DNA of 64,000 nucleotides from an uncultured Gemmataceae bacterium (GTDB taxonomy: Bacteria > Planctomycetota > Planctomycetia > Gemmatales > Gemmataceae): the NCBI GenBank assembly GCA_963750165.1, contig CAVVPN010000003.1:224001-288000 (forward strand). Reading direction: 5' to 3'. The first letter of the stretch is position 1. Each line of letters starts with the position of its first letter. The translations under genes were made by a program, and so were the position numbers. The notes beneath the pieces are model-generated. The model had not been told where the DNA came from. It ran no database searches and saw only the letters and a program-made list of their open reading frames with translations. Below are positions 9,876 through 19,422 of the stretch, piece by piece.

Positions 9876-10494
9876 CTATTTATCCTTGTTGTGTGCCTTG
9901 TCGTTGCGGCGGACCTGCACCTGCTCGGCGGTCAAGTCCACGTCCACGTTGGGGCCGTACAGCAAATAAGCGCGGCCCTCCCGGAAAAAGACGCGGACCA
10001 ACCGATGCTTGTAACCGAACGCCTTCGGCTCGACCGTGAACGCCTGTACCACGTCCACGTCGAACTTTTCCGGGCCGCCGTACTTCGCCAGCGCCTTCTT
10101 CACCTCGACGTTCGCCTTCGCCAGCGCCGGCGCGGCGGACTTCCTCCGGCGCCAGCGACGTGGGGAACTGCGCCAGTTCCTCGACGCCGAGCACCTCCTT
10201 GCGATCCGCGTCGATCCGCGTCAGCAGGGCCGCGTCGCCGTCATAGCGGTAGTGGATGACCAGGGCCTTGCGCGACGGTTTGTCGCCCTGACGGTCCACG
10301 AAGGTTTCCGTGTGCGTCAGATAAACCTTGCCGCGCCACAGTCCCTTGTCCTTGAGGGCCTGCTCGGCCAACTTGACGAGGGCGGCACGGTCGGGGTCGG
10401 CCGGTGGCTGGGGTTGCGCCACCCCCGGCCCGCGCAGTCCAAGGAAGACCCCCAGCGCGAACAACCCGGCGGCGCCGGCCAGCAAGCGTGACAT
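9876..10494 (-). CDS. Exported protein, possibly amine-oxidase N2/N3-like domains (frameshift near 10135)
   Basis: Signal peptide MSRLLAGAAGLFALG...VAQ; frame 9880-10869 continues into 9876-10103. Confidence 0.6.
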
Positions 10495-10678
10495 GCCAGT
10501 CCCTTCGTGAGAGATCGGAGACGGCCCCGCGCGGGGCGGATGTTTCAGGTATACCCGGCCGCCGCCGCCGCCGCAACTAAAACCTGCGCCGCGGCGCCGC
10601 TTGGACGCGGGCCAGCCTTCGGAATACAGTGGGCAACAGGTCGTCTGCCGCGAATCGTTCGTTTGGAAGGATGCCCCC

Positions 10679-11309
10679 ATGACGCAGCTGATCGACATGG
10701 CCGTCCAGCCCGTCACCGATCTGGATTTCGTGGCCGCCCTGCACCGGATTCTGGGATGCAGCCCCGAGCCGCTGACACCCTCCAAAATCCGCGCCGCTTT
10801 GCCGGCCGCCTGCCGCGCCCTCGGCGACGACGCCCTGGAAGAGGCGTTGCGGCGACAGGTCGCGGCCAACGTGCTGGTGGAGTATCCGCGCTACCGCAGC
10901 CACCAGCCGCGCTACTGGGATCGACCGATAGCGGTCCATGTGGTGGCGCTGATCCGCGCCCAACTCGCCAACCGGCCCCTGGCGCCGTCGGAGTTGCGCC
11001 GCCGCCTGCCGCGGTACGCCCGCGGTCAGGTGGACGCGGCGCTGGCCGACCAGACGGCACAGGGGCTGCTGCACCGCCACCCGCCGCTGGGCCACCGCGG
11101 TGTGCCGCGCTATGGCCTGCAGCCGCCGGATGTCCGCGCCGCGCTGGCGCCACAGTGGACGGCGCTGGTGGCGCGCCTGGCGGCCCAGGGGTTCACGCGG
11201 GTGCAGGTGCGGCAGGCGACGCTGGACCTGCTGCGCGAAGAGGAGTGGGCCGCGCCACCGGCGCAGCGAGCCCGATTGCCCGCTGGCGGACGACGCGGCG
11301 GAAATGTAG
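10679..11309 (+). CDS. Hypothetical protein (3' end uncertain)
   Basis: ATG with GGAAGGA RBS. Its apparent fusion to the next gene is probably an artefact. Confidence 0.45.
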
Positions 11310-11344
11310 AGAATTACCAGTTGCTCCCTTTCCCGGAGGACGTC

Positions 11345-11974
11345 ATGCGAGTGCGTGTGCTGCTGCTGAGTGTGCTGACCGTCGTGGCGTTGTGGGCGGT
11401 GCCCGCGGCGCGCGGCGGCGACAAGGACGGGTTCTTCAACGGCAAGAATTTCGAGGGCTGGGAGGGCCTGCTGGACCACTGGAGCGTCAAGGACGGCGCC
11501 ATCGTCGGCTCGACCGGGCCGAACGGCATCAAGTTCAACACTTTCCTGTGCAGCAAGAAGAAGTACGGCGACTTCGAGCTGTCGTTCGAGATTCGGCTCA
11601 AGAACGGCGCCGGCAACAGTGGCGTGCAGGTGCGCAGCAAGATCGCGAATCCCAAAACGTTCGCGGTCGCCGGCCCGCAGGCGGACATTGGCGCCAACTA
11701 CTGGGGCAGCCTGTACGGCGAACTCTTCGGCGGCATGATGAAGGAGGCGGACAAGAACTCCGTCAACAGCGTGCTCAAGCCGAAGGACTTCAACCGCTAC
11801 TCCATCAAGTGCGTCGGCAAGCACGTGACCATCAAGGTCAACGATGTGACCACCGTGGACCAGAACTTCGAGAAGATGCCGGCCGACGGCATCATCGCCT
11901 TCCAGCTGCACGCTGGCGGGTCGATGGAGGTCACCTTCCGCAACATTCACTTCAAGGACCTGAGCAAGAAGTAA
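11345..11974 (+). CDS. DUF1080 / 3-keto-disaccharide hydrolase family exported protein
   Basis: GGAGGA RBS, signal peptide, FNGKNFEGW, GNSGVQVRS, GPQADI, GIIAFQLH, FRNI. Confidence 0.9.
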   Translation: MRVRVLLLSVLTVVALWAVPAARGGDKDGFFNGKNFEGWEGLLDHWSVKDGAIVGSTGPNGIKFNTFLCSKKKYGDFELSFEIRLKNGAGNSGVQVRSKIANPKTFAVAGPQADIGANYWGSLYGELFGGMMKEADKNSVNSVLKPKDFNRYSIKCVGKHVTIKVNDVTTVDQNFEKMPADGIIAFQLHAGGSMEVTFRNIHFKDLSKK

Positions 11975-11975
11975 C

Positions 11976-12050
11976 AAGAGCCGCCAGGACGCCAGGGAAG
12001 ACAAACAATTGAATTTGTCTTCCCTGGCGTCCTGGCGTCCTGGCGGTTCT
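11976..12050. repeat. Inverted repeat built from 9-bp CCAGGACGC units, probable terminator
   Basis: gccgccaggacgccaggga...tccctggcgtcctggcgtcctggcgg. Confidence 0.7.
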
Positions 12051-12208
12051 TATCTTTCAAACCCAGTTCACTCCTGCCAGCACGGGCTCAGCGTTTTTCC
12101 CAGGACGCGGGTCAGGCGTTTTTTCGGCTGCCTGTCACAACTGCAATTCAGGCCAGTAACAGATTGGACGGTTGCGACGACCATTCCACCAACTGACAGG
12201 AGCCTGCC

Positions 12209-13147
12209 ATGAACCGTTGGATTCACAAGGGAGTGCTGTTCCTGCTGCTGGGCCTGGTGCTGCTGACGCTGTCCGCTCCGGCCACGGCCTGGGGCCAGAC
12301 CGGGCCGCTGCCCACGAACGCCGCGCCGGCCGACCAGTACGCCGAGGCCAGCAAAGTTCACCTCATTGTGACCGGCTTCGCCACCGGCACCGGCAACGAC
12401 ATCGGGCCGGAATGCCGGGCCGATCTGATCGCCGTCCAGTCTCTGTTCTGCCAGGCGTTCGTCGGCCCGTGGCGCAGCCGCCTGGAGGTCCACGCTCTGT
12501 ACGGCGAAGTCTGGACGGCCGAGCGGGTGCGGCAGTTCCTGCGTGAGGTTCAGGTCGGGGCCAACGACGTGGTGGTGTTTTACCACGCCGGGCACGGGGG
12601 CATCCGCGACGCCGACCGGCCAGTGGAGACGCATGTGCTCCAGGTGAACCGTCAGGAATTCGTGCTCCGGGAAGAGGTCCGCGACCTGTTGCTGGCCCGG
12701 CATTGCCGCGGTGTCATCGTGCTAACCGATTGCTGCAGCACACTGCCCAGCACGCCCCAGGTGGTCGGCCCGGCGCAGGGCCCGGTGCCGGCGCCGCCGT
12801 CCACGGAGCAGGCCGTCGCCCGCCTCAACCGGGCGACCGTCCGCAACCTGTTCCTGCGCTTCCGGGGGCTGGTGGACATCACCGCGGCGGAGGTGGGCCA
12901 GGGCTCGGCCAACGGCAACCTGCTGAATGACTTCGGCGGTGCTCGCGGTGCGTTCACGACCGCCTTCCTGCGGTTGGCCAGTAGCTCGCAGGTGTTCGCC
13001 GGCTGGGCGGACTTTTACCCGGCCCTGCGGGAACTGACCCACACTTCCTCCGGTCGGCGGCATCGAGCCCACGCTTTCGCCCTGCGCGAGGAGACCGCTG
13101 CCGCGCCCGCCAGCGCCGTGCCCGGCACCGGCCCGCTTGCGCAGTGA
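12209..13147 (+). CDS. Exported caspase-like (peptidase C14) protein
   Basis: Signal peptide, VVFYHAGHG and VIVLTDCC dyad motifs, GAFTTAF. Confidence 0.8.
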   Translation: MNRWIHKGVLFLLLGLVLLTLSAPATAWGQTGPLPTNAAPADQYAEASKVHLIVTGFATGTGNDIGPECRADLIAVQSLFCQAFVGPWRSRLEVHALYGEVWTAERVRQFLREVQVGANDVVVFYHAGHGGIRDADRPVETHVLQVNRQEFVLREEVRDLLLARHCRGVIVLTDCCSTLPSTPQVVGPAQGPVPAPPSTEQAVARLNRATVRNLFLRFRGLVDITAAEVGQGSANGNLLNDFGGARGAFTTAFLRLASSSQVFAGWADFYPALRELTHTSSGRRHRAHAFALREETAAAPASAVPGTGPLAQ

Positions 13148-13169
13148 TTCGGAAAGCGCAGTCTGCCCG

Positions 13170-13768
13170 TCATTTCGCCGCGGCGGCCCGCGCGTCGCGG
13201 GCGAGCCAGACCGCGAGCGCGACGCCAGCCAGGACCATCCCCACGCCCAGGGCAATGATCCCGATGGAGGCGGCGGGGTCGGGGGGGCTGCCCCCCTGCT
13301 GGAGCACGACCGCGGGCTGGCCCAGGTTCAACCCCGGGAAGAGCGGCGCGGCGGGTTCATTGACGACGACACCAGTGAAGGTGCGGAGCGACCCGCCGCC
13401 GTTTTCCTGCAACCACCCCGCGGCCCGGCGCGGGGACCGGGGCCGAGTTTACAGATCACGTGGACCGGCTCGTCGGGCCGCCAATCGCGGGGCACCAGGG
13501 GCACGTAGAGCACGGCCTGGTCCTCGGTGTCCTCTGGCCCGCGGGGGACGTTGCGGACCACCGCACGATCCGTCAAGAACACGCCCCGCTCAACCTTGAG
13601 CCAGCGCTGGCCGCCGTACTGGTTGAACGCGGCGATGGCGAGGGCCGTCGGCGCGGCCTCCGCCTGGGCGGCCAGGTAATCGCCCGTGCCGAACCAGACG
13701 GCCACGCCGCCGCCAGCAACCAGGGCGATGATGAGCAAGAGCATTCGCGCTTGCCAGTAAGTCTGCAT
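13170..13768 (-). CDS. Hypothetical membrane protein (frameshift near 13420)
   Basis: N- and C-terminal TM segments in frames 13328-13813 and 13170-13412. Confidence 0.55.
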
Positions 13769-14009
13769 GGGGGGACTCTCCAGCGAATTCGCACCGACAC
13801 ACGCTCTGGCCATTGGGACAGGCGCTTTTTTCCCATTGCGGCTAGCAATCGGCGCCGCCAGGCATTACACTACCACAACAAGAAGTCGGGCGTGTACCAC
13901 AACCCCTCCTCGACGCTGCATTCTAACCCGCCCCGCCTTCCGCTCACACCAGCGCGCCCCCAACGCTGCTGCTACCCGGCGGTGCTCCGCCTCCCGTTGA
14001 GACGCAGCC

Positions 14010-15637
14010 ATGAGTCAGCCCGATCCTGCCGCGATGTCCCGGGATGATTTGCTCGCGCTCCTGCGGCAGCTGCAGGCTGATCTCCCGTCGCCGGACACCG
14101 TCCACGACCGTCCGGCGCTGCCGCGCGCCGTCGCCGACCACCTGCCCGGCGTCGTCTTCCAGGCCGTGCGCGGCCCCGACGGCCGGTATCAGTTCAATCA
14201 CGTCAGCGCCGCCATCGAGTTGCTCACGGGCATCCCGGTGGACGACCTGACACGCGACGCTGCCCAGCTGTCCGCGGCGCTGCTGGAGGACGACCGCCTC
14301 CGTGTGGCGGCCGCCTTGGCAGCGGCGCCGGCGGTCCTTGACCTGGAGTTCCGGCTGCGGCACCGAAACGGCGGCGAGCGCTGGGCCCAGCTCCGCGCCG
14401 CGCCACGGTCCCTGCCGGACGGGTCCGTCGTCTGGGACGGCATGTTGCTGGACGTGACCGAGCGCCACCGGACTGAGGACGAGCGGCAGCGGTTGGAGCG
14501 GCAGCAGCAGGAGGCGCAGCGGCAGGAGAGCCTGGGGGTACTGGCGGGCGGCATCGCCCACGACTTCAACAACCTGTTGACCATCATCCTGGGCTATCTG
14601 AACCTGGGCATGTGTGAGTTGCCGCCAGGGGCCGAGGTGACGCGCATGCTCCGCGAGGTGGAGCGCGCCGCCCACCGCGCCGCCGAGTTGACACAGCAAA
14701 TGCTCGCTTACGCTGGCCGCAGCCGCTTTGTGCCGCAGGCCATCGATCTGTCCGCCCTGGTGCGCGAACAGGCCCGGGAATTGCAAACGCTGGTGCCGCC
14801 GCCCGCGATCCTGACTCTGGACCTGGCCGACGACCTGCCGGCCATCGTGGCCGACGCGGCCCACCTGCGCCAGGTGCTCGCCAGCCTGGTTGTCAACGCC
14901 GCCGAGGCGCTGCCACGGGCGCCGGCAGCGTGCGCGTGCGCACCGGCCGGGAGGAACTGGCGGCGGTCGATCCGCACGCCCCGCTGGCGGCGCCGGACGC
15001 CCGGCCGGGGCCGCATGTGGTGCTGGAGGTGTCGGACACCGGCTGCGGCATGACGGCGGAGGTGCTGCCGCGCATCTTCGACCCGTTCTTCACGACCAAG
15101 TTCCTGGGGCGCGGCCTGGGGCTGGCGGCGGTGCTGGGCATCGTCCGCGGCCACCACGGGCTGATCCGCGTGGCCAGCACACCCGGGCAGGGCAGCTGCT
15201 TCCAGGTGCTGCTGCCCTGTCCGGACCCGTCGGAGCGACCGCCGGCGACGCCGCCCGAATCGAGCCGCGCCAGCGGCACGGTCCTGGTGATCGAGGACGA
15301 GGAGGGCATCCGGTATCTGGCCCGGCACATCCTGGAGCGGGCCGGCTATCAGGTGTTGCTGGCGCAGGACGGCCGCCAGGGGGTGGAGATCTTCCGCGAG
15401 CACGGGCTGGACATCGCGCTGGTGCTGCTCGACCTGTCGATGCCGCTGCTGACCGGCGAGGAGACCCTGGCGGAACTGCGGCGGCTGCGGCCGGACGTGC
15501 CCGTGATTCTGATGACCGGCTACTGCGAGGCGGAGGTGGCGGAGCGCTTCGGCAACCAGCCGCCGACCGGCTTCGTGCAGAAGCCCTTCGACGCCAGCCG
15601 GCTGCTGGCGGCGCTGCACCGGGCGTTATTTCGCTGA
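14010..15637 (+). CDS. PAS hybrid histidine kinase-response regulator, CckA-like (frameshift near 14920)
   Basis: AGGIAHDFNNLL H-box, SDTGCGM, FDPFFTTK, GRGLGL, REC domain with LLDLSMP and KPF. Confidence 0.9.
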
Positions 15638-15651
15638 GCACGGGTCAACGG

Positions 15652-15727
15652 TCAGAGCGCGAGCGCCAGCGCGGGGCCAAGTCTGCCCCGCGCTGGCGCT
15701 CGGGCTCCGATGCGCTCGGGCTCCGAT
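15652..15727. repeat. REP-like hairpin, family C (GAGCCCGAGCGCCAGCGCGGGG)
   Basis: Inverted arms with ccaagtctg loop; reverse-complement copy at 57897-57955. Confidence 0.8.
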
Positions 15728-15731
15728 CCGC

Positions 15732-16925
15732 TCAGCGCCAGCGTGGCAAGTGCGTCGGCGGCACCCACTCGTCGGTGGTGGACCGGCCCGGCGGGCAGGT
15801 CGTGCAGGGCGCCCCTGGCGCACAGCCGTCCGGGCCGCAACCGCTGGGGTTGCACGGCCCCGGACTGAACGGCGCCAGCTTTGGCCCGAGCCACTCGAAG
15901 ATGCCCGGCGTCAGCTGCTTCGCCGTCAGGTAGTCGTGGTGGCCCCAGGGCTCGTAACCCACGCACACCGTCAACCCGCGGCACTTGCACAGGTACAGGA
16001 AACTGTCCACCTGCGTGTGGATGTTAAACTCGTCCTGGCCGGCGTAGGCCACGTACATCGCCAGCTCGCCCTCGTGCAGCCGGTAACGGTCGATCATCTC
16101 GATGGGGTTCTCCCACATCACCTGCTCCAGCGCCTCCGGGCCGCGGCCGAAGATCGGGTCGATGACGCTGCTCAGCTTTAGCGTCAGCAGGCCGCCGTAG
16201 AACTTGGCGATCGCCTCGCGGCGGTGGTCCAGTTGCGTGCGCCAGCCCCAGTGCTTCGGGTCGAAGTTCGAGAAGTAATGGCCGTGGTCGTCCACCCAGC
16301 GCAGGTTCAGCGGCGGAAAGAGTCCGATCACCACGCCGAAAGCGTCGCGGTGCCGGATGCCGTAGTTGAACGCCGCGAAGCCGCCCATCGACAGGCCCGC
16401 CAGCACGTGCGCGTCGCGCTCGTGACGGATCGGATAGTTGTGGCACATGAAGTCCCACACGTCCTGCAGGATGTAGTCCTCGAAGGCCCCCGCCTTGGTG
16501 TTCAGGAAGAAGCTGCCAGCCGTGGAGCATCCCGGCTCGCCGCGGAGACTGCCGTCGGGCGACACGGCGATGAACGGCGGCAATTTGCCGCTGCACATGG
16601 CCGCGTCCAGCTCCGGCGCGACGTGGTGCAGGAACGACTGTTCATCCTGGGCGAAGCCGTGCATCCAGATCATAATCGGATAACGCTGGTGGGGGTCGAA
16701 GTTGGGCGGCAGATAGACGTACATGTCGCGGCGCTGGTAGAGCGCGCGCGACCAGATGCGGTTGTCCGTGCCGTGGTTGGCGGTGTAATCGACGACCCGG
16801 CCGCTGAGGCGCTTGTTGATGACCTCGATTTCGTTGGTGTCCTTGCGCCAGCTCTGGGCGCCGGCCGGGGCCGCCGGCAGCAGCAGCAGCAGCGTCAGGA
16901 CCATGTATCCGCGGATCTTGCTCAC
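15732..16925 (-). CDS. Exported esterase (alpha/beta hydrolase) with Cys/Pro-rich tail
   Basis: Signal peptide, YVYLPPNF, MHG, GLSMGG, GQDEF and GHH motifs. Confidence 0.85.
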   Translation of the reverse strand: MSKIRGYMVLTLLLLLPAAPAGAQSWRKDTNEIEVINKRLSGRVVDYTANHGTDNRIWSRALYQRRDMYVYLPPNFDPHQRYPIMIWMHGFAQDEQSFLHHVAPELDAAMCSGKLPPFIAVSPDGSLRGEPGCSTAGSFFLNTKAGAFEDYILQDVWDFMCHNYPIRHERDAHVLAGLSMGGFAAFNYGIRHRDAFGVVIGLFPPLNLRWVDDHGHYFSNFDPKHWGWRTQLDHRREAIAKFYGGLLTLKLSSVIDPIFGRGPEALEQVMWENPIEMIDRYRLHEGELAMYVAYAGQDEFNIHTQVDSFLYLCKCRGLTVCVGYEPWGHHDYLTAKQLTPGIFEWLGPKLAPFSPGPCNPSGCGPDGCAPGAPCTTCPPGRSTTDEWVPPTHLPRWR

Positions 16926-17113
16926 GGCATTGCCCTCGTACAGGAAGACGGTGCGGGCCGAATGGCTTCCATGGGTTCTTTCGGTCGTACGGGCGGCCTG
17001 GCCTGAGCGGCACCGCTGGCGCAACCGCTGCAACTGGCGGACGCGGCGGTAGACCTTGCGGCCGCGGCAAGCCGGGAAGACAGGCGACGGCGGTTTGGGT
17101 ATGCTGGACCGTA

Positions 17114-17923
17114 GTGCAGGCGAGCCGCCTGCACCCGGAAAGCAGCAGGTGGGGCATGTGGGCGCTGGTGCTGGTAGTGCTGACGGCGGCGGCCATCTAC
17201 TGGGATTTCTGCCGTTCGGGCAGGGACTGGGTGGAGTGGGGCACCTACTACATGACGCGGGTGTACTCGCAGTTGTGGCACCGCGTCTCGTACCGCGGCC
17301 GGGTGCCGTGGCCGCGGCACGGCCGGATGGTGCTGGTGTCGAACCACTCGTGCAGCGCCGATCCGCCCCTGCTGCTGGGCACCAGTCCGCGGCCGATTGG
17401 CTTTCTCGTGGCGCGCGAGCACTTCCGCATCAACCGGCTGTTCCACTGGTATCTGTTGCGGATCGGCTGCGTACCGGTGCTGCGCGACGGTCGCGATCCG
17501 GTGTCGCCGCGGCAGGCACTGCGGAAACTGCGGGCCGGCGGCATGATCGGCGTGTTCCCTGAGAGCAGCCTGGCCGGCGTCGGCCTTGATCGGCTGCGGC
17601 CCGGCCGACACGGCGCCGCCTTCCTGGCGCTGGCCGGTGAGGCCCCGGTCTATCCCGTCTACATCGCCGGCGGGCCGCAGACGCACCACCTGCTGGCCTC
17701 CTGGGTCTGGCCGTCGAAGAAGGCGGCGCGGATTTACTTCGGCGGGCCGATTGACCTGTCCGCCTACCACGGCCGGCCGCGCACCCGGGCCGTGCTGGAG
17801 GAAGTAACGCTGATACTGATGCGGCACATTGAAGCGTTGAAACCGTCGCCCCGAACTGGAGGGACACCCAATGAGCCAGGCAACCGCGACCGAGCTGACG
17901 CACAAGAAATGCGTGTCGTGTGA
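17114..17923 (+). CDS. Lysophospholipid acyltransferase, PlsC-like
   Basis: NHSCSAD (HX4D), FPE, GAAFLA, PVYI. Confidence 0.85.
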   Translation: MQASRLHPESSRWGMWALVLVVLTAAAIYWDFCRSGRDWVEWGTYYMTRVYSQLWHRVSYRGRVPWPRHGRMVLVSNHSCSADPPLLLGTSPRPIGFLVAREHFRINRLFHWYLLRIGCVPVLRDGRDPVSPRQALRKLRAGGMIGVFPESSLAGVGLDRLRPGRHGAAFLALAGEAPVYPVYIAGGPQTHHLLASWVWPSKKAARIYFGGPIDLSAYHGRPRTRAVLEEVTLILMRHIEALKPSPRTGGTPNEPGNRDRADAQEMRVV

Positions 17924-18215
17924 GGGCGGCGTCCCGAAGCTGACGCCGGAGCAGGTGAAGGGCTATCTGCAAGCGCTGCCGCAGTGGCGCCTGACCGAGG
18001 ACAGCCAGCGCATCCGCCGGGAGTGGCGCGTCAAGAATTTCGTGGCCGGCCTCGACTTCTTCCAGAAGGTCGGCAAGCTGGCCGAGGACGAGGGCCATCA
18101 CCCGGACCTGCACCTGACCGGTTACCGCAACGTCGCCATCGAACTCTGGACGCACGCCATCGGTGGGCTGTCGGAGAATGACTTCATTTTGGCGGCGAAG
18201 ATCGATCAGTTGTAG
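17871..18215 (+). CDS. phhB: Pterin-4-alpha-carbinolamine dehydratase
   Basis: AEDEGHHPDL, WTHAIGGLSENDFILAAKID. Confidence 0.92.
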   Translation: MSQATATELTHKKCVSCEGGVPKLTPEQVKGYLQALPQWRLTEDSQRIRREWRVKNFVAGLDFFQKVGKLAEDEGHHPDLHLTGYRNVAIELWTHAIGGLSENDFILAAKIDQL

Positions 18216-18346
18216 AGGTCAGGAGTCAGAGGTCAGAAGTCAGGAGTCAGAGAAATCAGTGGATATTCTCCGCTGCAATGGATCGCACCATTGGTGTAAC
18301 CGTTCTCTTGATTCCTGACTCCTGACTTCTGACTTCTGACCTCTGA
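18216..18346. repeat. Inverted pair of heptamer tandem arrays (AGTCAGR / YCTGACT)
   Basis: aggtcaggagtcagaggtcagaagtcaggagtcag ... ctgactcctgacttctgacttctgacctctgac. Confidence 0.8.
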
Positions 18347-18362
18347 CACACGGAGGTGGACC

Positions 18363-19196
18363 ATGACCAGGACGGAACCCGTGCCGGTTGGCAACGTACT
18401 GTGCGGCGCCGGCCAACCGCTCGTGTGGATCGCCGGGCCGTGCGTGATCGAGTCGCATGAACTGACGCTGCACATCGCCGAGACCCTGCGCGACGTGGCC
18501 GAGCGGTTGCAGTTGCCACTGATCTTCAAGGCGTCCTTCGACAAGGCCAACCGCACCTCGGGCAAGTCGTTCCGCGGCCCTGGCCTGCAGGACGGCCTGC
18601 GGACGCTGGAAGCGGTCAAGCGCCGCACCGGGCTGCCGGTCACGACGGACATTCACGACATCCACCAGGTCGGCCCGGCGGCGGAGGTCTGCGACCTCTT
18701 GCAAATCCCGGCGTTCCTGGCCCGGCAGACGGACCTGTTGCAGGCGGCCGGCAGTACCGGCGTCGCGGTCAACGTCAAGAAGGGCCAGTTCATGGCGCCG
18801 TGGGACATGCGGCACGTCGTCAGCAAATTGGCGGAGGTCGGCAACCGCAAGGTGCTGTTGACGGAGCGTGGCAGCACCTTCGGCTACGGCCAGCTGGTCA
18901 ACGACATGCGGGCCATCCCGTGGATGCAGGATCTGGGCTGCCCGGTGATCTTTGACGCGACGCACAGCGTACAGAAGCCGGCGAGCCTCGGCGACCGCAC
19001 CGGCGGCGAGCGGCGCATGGTGCCATACCTGGCGCGGGCGGCCGTGGCGGTCGGCTGCGATGGCGTCTTCCTGGAGACGCACCCGCGGCCCGACGAGGCG
19101 CTGAGCGACGGCCCCAATATGATCGCCCTGGACGACTTCCCGGCCCTGGCCGAGATGTGCCTGCGACTGCGGCAGGCGCTGACCATTGCGGATTGA
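18363..19196 (+). CDS. kdsA: 3-deoxy-8-phosphooctulonate (KDO8P) synthase
   Basis: [42 protein letters not shown]. Confidence 0.96.
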   Translation: MTRTEPVPVGNVLCGAGQPLVWIAGPCVIESHELTLHIAETLRDVAERLQLPLIFKASFDKANRTSGKSFRGPGLQDGLRTLEAVKRRTGLPVTTDIHDIHQVGPAAEVCDLLQIPAFLARQTDLLQAAGSTGVAVNVKKGQFMAPWDMRHVVSKLAEVGNRKVLLTERGSTFGYGQLVNDMRAIPWMQDLGCPVIFDATHSVQKPASLGDRTGGERRMVPYLARAAVAVGCDGVFLETHPRPDEALSDGPNMIALDDFPALAEMCLRLRQALTIAD

Positions 19197-19201
19197 CGGC
19201 G

Positions 19202-19391
19202 GGTTCGTAGTACCGCCTTTAGAGCGGTTCACAGCCGCGTGGATCACGCCCCGTAGGACGGCTCTCCAGAGCCGTCTCCGAGACAAGGACGGCTCTGGAG
19301 AGCCGTCCCACAGGCTGTGCGCAAACCAAGTGTGAACCGCTCCAGGCCGAATCTGGGTGTCTGTTTCCGGCTAAAGCCGGTACTACGAACC
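19202..19391. repeat. REP-like doublet (GTTCGTAGTACCG...CCGGTACTACGAAC) interrupted by a 123-bp element
   Basis: Outer inverted arms 19202-19221 and 19372-19391. Confidence 0.8.
19220..19345 (+). mobile_element. 123-bp MITE/REPIN-like element, copy 1
   Basis: TAG-AGCGGTTCACA...TGTGAACCGCT-CCAG ends with an internal GACGGCTCTCCAGAGCCGTC doublet; homologous to 38720-38845. Confidence 0.75.
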
Positions 19392-19422
19392 GATCTTTCA
19401 ATCCGCAATCGAAGGAGGCTGC

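Noticed and set aside
10601..11974. Single fused ORF of a hypothetical domain and DUF1080
   Set aside because: Internal GGAGGA RBS, ATG and signal peptide at 11345, and a stop at 11309 in a neighbouring frame. The fusion is probably an indel artefact.
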